Part shown: piece after piece, positions 59,514 to 64,000 of the stretch
How the letters are laid out: each line of letters begins with the position of its first letter
Numbering within the stretch: the first letter of the stretch is position 1
Assembly: GCF_035594765.1 (NCBI RefSeq)
Contig: NC_085844.1
Coordinates: 135,966,622 to 136,030,621 of the forward strand
Origin: Anolis carolinensis
Lineage: Eukaryota
Length of the DNA: 64,000 nt
Direction: 5' to 3'
The notes under the pieces: generated by a model
What the model was told of the DNA's origin: nothing
Databases searched by the model: none
The model's input: only the letters and a program-made list of their open reading frames with translations
Position numbers and translations under genes: made by a program

Positions 59514-60307
59514 CAGGCATTCCTTGGGTTACAAACATCTGACTTACAAATGACTCATGGTTAAGGACGGGGATGAGACAACAGGAAGTGAGAAAAATCT
59601 ACCCCAGAAAAGGAAATTCACTCCTAAAAGAGTTATCATGGGGGAAAAGGTGTCTGAACTAAAACTTTATCACCAGTCCTTGTTTCCATAACAAGCCAAA
59701 TCTTTCAAAATCCAATTATCACAGGGACGGAAATTGGAGTGAAATCTGCTGAACAGGGGCAGACAGCAAAACAAATGCCATAGGGATGGTAATTCTATCC
59801 TACGCTATCCAAACACACACACATATATACACACACAGTAGAGTCTCACTTATCCAACATAAATGGGCCGGCAGAACATTGGATATGCAAAAATATTGCA
59901 TAATAAGAAGAGATTAAGGAAAAGCCTATTAAAGGTCAAATTATGTGAAGATTTTAAAAGATCTGTTTCTATAGGCAACAATGCACAAGACGCAGGAGGG
60001 GCAAGACACATCCGGTGCAGGCCGGATGCTGTACCCGACAGGAAAAATCTGTGCCAGCTGCATCTCGCCCCTCCCAGCAGACACCCGGCACGTGTTGCTG
60101 CCTAGAGAAACAGCTGTGGATCCGGGTGAGAGGCAGACTGCGTCAGATAATACAGAAAATCGGATGAACAATGGTTGGATAAGCGAGATTCTACTGTATA
60201 TAGGCTCTAACTAAACTTTAAAAATGTTCCTGTTCGGACTTACATACAAATTTAGCTTAAGAACAAATTTACAGAACGTATCTTGTTCGTAACATGGGGA
60301 CTGTCTG
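59514..60307. mobile_element. Tigger-like MITE with a nested mariner MITE (59836-60196)
   Basis: Outer imperfect TIR CAGGCATTCCTTGGGTTAC / GTAACATGGGGACTGTCTG; inner CAGTAGAGTCTC TIRs. Confidence 0.75.
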
Positions 60308-60874
60308 TATTTACAGACGTATCTCAGTTAACATTTAAAAGATGACAGATATGTCTGAGTATGTGAATAATGTCTAGTCTCCAAACAGCTTATTTATTTC
60401 ATGATCATTGTACCTGTGATCATGACATCGAAATTGTGCACCAACAGGTCTCCATCTCCTCTGCCAGAAAATACTGATTACCCATACTTTTCTCATTACT
60501 TCTTGATTTCACTATAATTTCCCAGGCTCTCTTTTCTCTGGAACTTACTACAGATGGTTCAAAATTGGAGGAGTGGAATGTTTCCCCTATTTCCACAGGC
60601 CATACTCAAGATTGCCATGTCTCAAGTTTTAGGACTTTAGCACTTTTTAGGATCTTGAAAGGAGGGAGGTAAATATACCAAATCAGAAGTAGGGGTAGCA
60701 TAGGCAGGCAATTGTTCAAAGGGCCTACTTCACTTTGTTTTTTACATTTTTGAAACATCAATGACAAACCAATCATCACATTATTGTGATTTTTTTTCTC
60801 GGGACCAATGACTAGCTGTTTTTTGTATCACAAAAAGGATGACCACAATAAACTCTGCTATTAGACAAAGAAAA

Positions 60875-61020
60875 TCAGTGGGTTGCTGTGAGTTTTCTGG
60901 GCTGTATGACCATGTTCTAGAAGCATTCTCTCCTAACATTTCACCTACATCTATGGCAGGCATCCCCAGAGGTTTTGAGGTCTGTTGGAAACTAGGCAAG
61001 TGAGGTTTATATATCTGTGG
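60875..61020 (-). mobile_element. Penelope-like fragment
   Basis: Reverse complement of the 10.4 and 28.9 kb copies. Confidence 0.7.
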
Positions 61021-61904
61021 CTGAGAGTCAGGTTTTCAGGACAAGAATCCCGGGTCCAGTGATTTCAGGACCAAAGGCTGGGTGGACCTTGGTGATGTGA
61101 GGTTGTTCCTGGTGATTAAGCATGATATATTAAGCATCAACCACAGTTTTTCAGAAATGTAATTCAAATTTAAAAAGAGAAAGTCCGAAAAATGAGAACA
61201 TATTTCTTTAGTTAGAAATATGTTCTTATTTATTTGACTTCCTCTTTTTTAATCTAGACTCATGTTTTAAACTTTCCCATTTTTTGTTTTTCCCCCAAAC
61301 TTTTCTCCATTGCCAATTGGGACAGGGGGACAATTTCCACTGATGTTGAAAAACTTTCTCAACTGTCACTTTTAGCAACATTTAATCCAGCCAAAGAAAA
61401 CTTTGCAAAATTTGCCTTGAGCAGTAACATTTCTGAACTATATTTCTATCCAAAAAAAGATAATCTCTCTCCCCCCCAATGTCTTTGAGGCAGTCATTTT
61501 AGACCCAGGGCTGGGCCACACTTTCCCCCTCCTAGGTTACACCTAACTTTGTATTGTACCAGGCTCTGACATTACAGAACTAGTGACAGAAAAGAACCCT
61601 AGCATCCTGCTGCCCCCCTGCTACAAAATATATTGAATATGTAATATTGCAACATAGAGCACAATTTCAGAAAATGAAATAAAAATAGGAGAGGCACATA
61701 TGATTCTGAAAAGGGCTGCCTAAGGCAGGAGAATAATGAGCTGTCAAAGACTAAAATACAAAATAAAGTGTATGTGAAGGGAGGAATGTACATTCAGCAA
61801 ATTATATTTGTCAGCTTATGACCTGAGAAGTTTGTGCCCATTACTAAATCTTCCATGCCAACAGGAATCAGAGTTAGGATATATCCACACTCCCAATTAT
61901 GATA

Positions 61905-62227
61905 CAGTAGAGTCTCACTTATCCAAGCTAAATGGGCCAGCAGAAGCTTGGATAAGCGAATATCTTGGATAATAAGGAGGGATTAAGAAAAAGCCTATTA
62001 AACATCAAATTAGGTTATGATTTTACAAATTAAGTGCCAAAATATCATGCTATACAATAAATTTGACAGAAAAAGTAGTTCAACACGGAGTAATGTTATG
62101 CTGTAATTACGGTATTTACAAATTTAACACCAAAATATCATGATATATTGATAACATTGACTACAAAAATGCGTTGGATAATCCAGAACGTTGGATAAGC
62201 GAGGCTTGGATAAGTGAGACTCTACTG
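61905..62227. mobile_element. Tc1/mariner MITE (same family)
   Basis: TIR CAGTAGAGTCTCACTTATCCAAGC and TA TSD. Confidence 0.9.
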
Positions 62228-62279
62228 TAGTTAGATAGCATTTTAACTGTCATGGCTTCAACCATTGAATTTGAAATTT

Positions 62280-62550
62280 ATAAAGGTAAAGGTTTTCCCT
62301 AACATTAAGTCTAGTTGTGTCCGACTGTGGGGGGTGGGGGTGTGGAGCTCATCTCCATTTCTAAACTGAAGAGCCAGCATTATCTGTAGACATCTCCAAG
62401 GTCATGTGGCCGGCATGACTGCATGGAGCGCTGTTACCTTCCTACCAGTGCGGTACCTATTGATCTACTCACATTTGCATGTTTTTGAACTGCTAGGTTG
62501 GCAGAAGCTGGGACTAACAACAGGAGCTCACCCCACTCCTTGGATTCCAA
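62280..62550 (-). mobile_element. Sauria SINE
   Basis: Reverse complement of the 12.0 kb element, starting with a taaaggtaaagg tail. Confidence 0.85.
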
Positions 62551-62642
62551 ATTTATGACATTTATAGTTTGATTTAATATTTAAAATTTTCAAAAGCACC
62601 CCACAGAATTTTTAAAAACTACAACTGCCTGACACCCCATAC

Positions 62643-62996
62643 CAGGGGTCCTCAAACATGACTCTTGCATGACTCTACTAAAGTTTGGAAAAAAATGAAT
62701 GAATTCTTATGCACACTGCACATATCTTCCTACTGCAGGAAAACACAAAAGAGCAATACAATATTTAAAATGAAGAACAGCTTTAAGCAACGTAAACTTA
62801 CCAGTATTTCAATGGGAAATGTGGACCTGCTTTTGGCTGATGAGATAGTCAAGTTCATTAGGATTGTTGTTGTTGTTGTGTGTCTCCAAGTCATTTCAGA
62901 CTTAGGGTGACCATAAGTATAAAGTTTGGGGCAGGAGGCAAGTAAATGACCTTGGAGGACCATATCTGGCTGTGGGACTTTGTTTAGGGACCCCTG
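62643..62996. mobile_element. Related non-autonomous hAT element
   Basis: TIR CAGGGGTCCTCAAAC / GTTTAGGGACCCCTG; shares atgcacactgcacatatctt with the 32.5 kb element; TSD not recognisable. Confidence 0.7.
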
Positions 62997-64000
62997 TTCT
63001 AGAGGATACAGCCATGCATTTGAAACAGAATATAGTACTGTAATTGTGTGAACACACCTTATCTTACATGACGCCAAACAAAATGCGAGTGTTCTGTCTG
63101 TGAAAAAGTGGACATTACACTCTTTCAGTCGCCAGAACATGGAGCTGAGGACTCAGCATTGCTGGAAGTGCAAGCCAATTCTCTCTCTCACCCTGTCCTA
63201 GTACTTTGTCTGCTTGTAAAACTGCCATTTGTCCTGAGTTCTGCATTTATAATGCTCCAAGGATAGCTCTTGGGAATTTGCTTCGCCAGACGTCAGAATT
63301 AAACATTTAACAGTAATCCTATCACTCTGGTAACATTATCTGCTTTGCACAGTCCACAAATGAAAAGAGTGGGCAAATGAGAGCATACGGTTGTCATCAT
63401 GGATGCTGAACAGGTGGGTTTCATCTATAGACTAAAACAGATGGATTAAGGCAATTGGGGTTTTACAGAGAAAGCAGTTGCTATCTTTGAGCACCTGACT
63501 CTCTGTTGCTCACCTGCTGTTTAGGGTGTTTGGTTTATATTAACATCTGCCAGGGTTTTGAACCACCTGCATGGCTGTTTGCTGTTGCTTCCTTTTAATC
63601 TTTCCTCTTTGATTTGGAAAGAACTGAAGCTTCTCCACAATATCTAATGTGCTTTCTTTCAGCCTGGAAAAGATGTACATGTCCAAGCTGCTGTGGGAAT
63701 CCGACGGATAGCAGGTACCTCATCCGGCAGTTGGAAGTCCCTTTACAGATGGCTGTCAACATGGCCAAAATGCTGGGTTGGTTTTCTTATGGAGAAAAGG
63801 GCAGACACAAAATCATGTTGGATATTCAATCTACCCCAGCTAAAAGGGATCTGAGTGTAGGCTTCTACATATTCCAAGCATCTGAGCAATTAACGAGGGA
63901 CTATGTGAATAGACGAATTGTTGGATTGAAAGGGTCACTTATGTTTGGATATTTGTGCTTTCTTAATAATTCATGTCCTTTTGAACTCATCAAGTATATT

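Noticed and set aside
1-64000. CRISPR arrays, rRNA, bona fide tRNA genes or prokaryotic systems
   Set aside because: Eukaryotic intron-exon DNA; tRNA-like boxes occur only as SINE heads and no repeat-spacer arrays were seen.

Overview
Vertebrate nuclear DNA. The repeat content (Sauria SINE, AnolisSINE2/Vingi, CR1, L2, Penelope, many young hAT/Tc1-mariner/Harbinger MITEs) points to a squamate, most likely an Anolis lizard. The window is the block syntenic with human 5q31.3. It holds WDR55 (-, first 7 coding exons; 3' end lies off the left edge), IK/RED (-, 20 coding exons, 555 aa, one U12 AT-AC intron), NDUFA2 (+, 3 exons, 100 aa, sharing a bidirectional promoter with IK), TMCO6 (-, 12 coding exons, 536 aa) and CD14 (+, one coding exon, 456 aa). 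I traced all exon boundaries by hand, and the reading frames join without stops. Most notable: (1) the CD14 has a CD14-type N-terminus, but its C-terminal two-thirds are colinear with the TLR2 ectodomain through the LRR-CT and a TM-like helix, with no TIR; (2) two 60-nt hairpins with compensatory changes lie in tandem downstream of the CD14 stop; (3) a 1.38-kb solo LTR splits a CR1 upstream of CD14 and carries an E2F/NF-Y promoter and a TSS-proximal stem-loop that hides a U1 site; (4) several Penelope fragments carry decayed hammerhead ribozyme cores. Gene and repeat family names come from recalled homology, not database searches.
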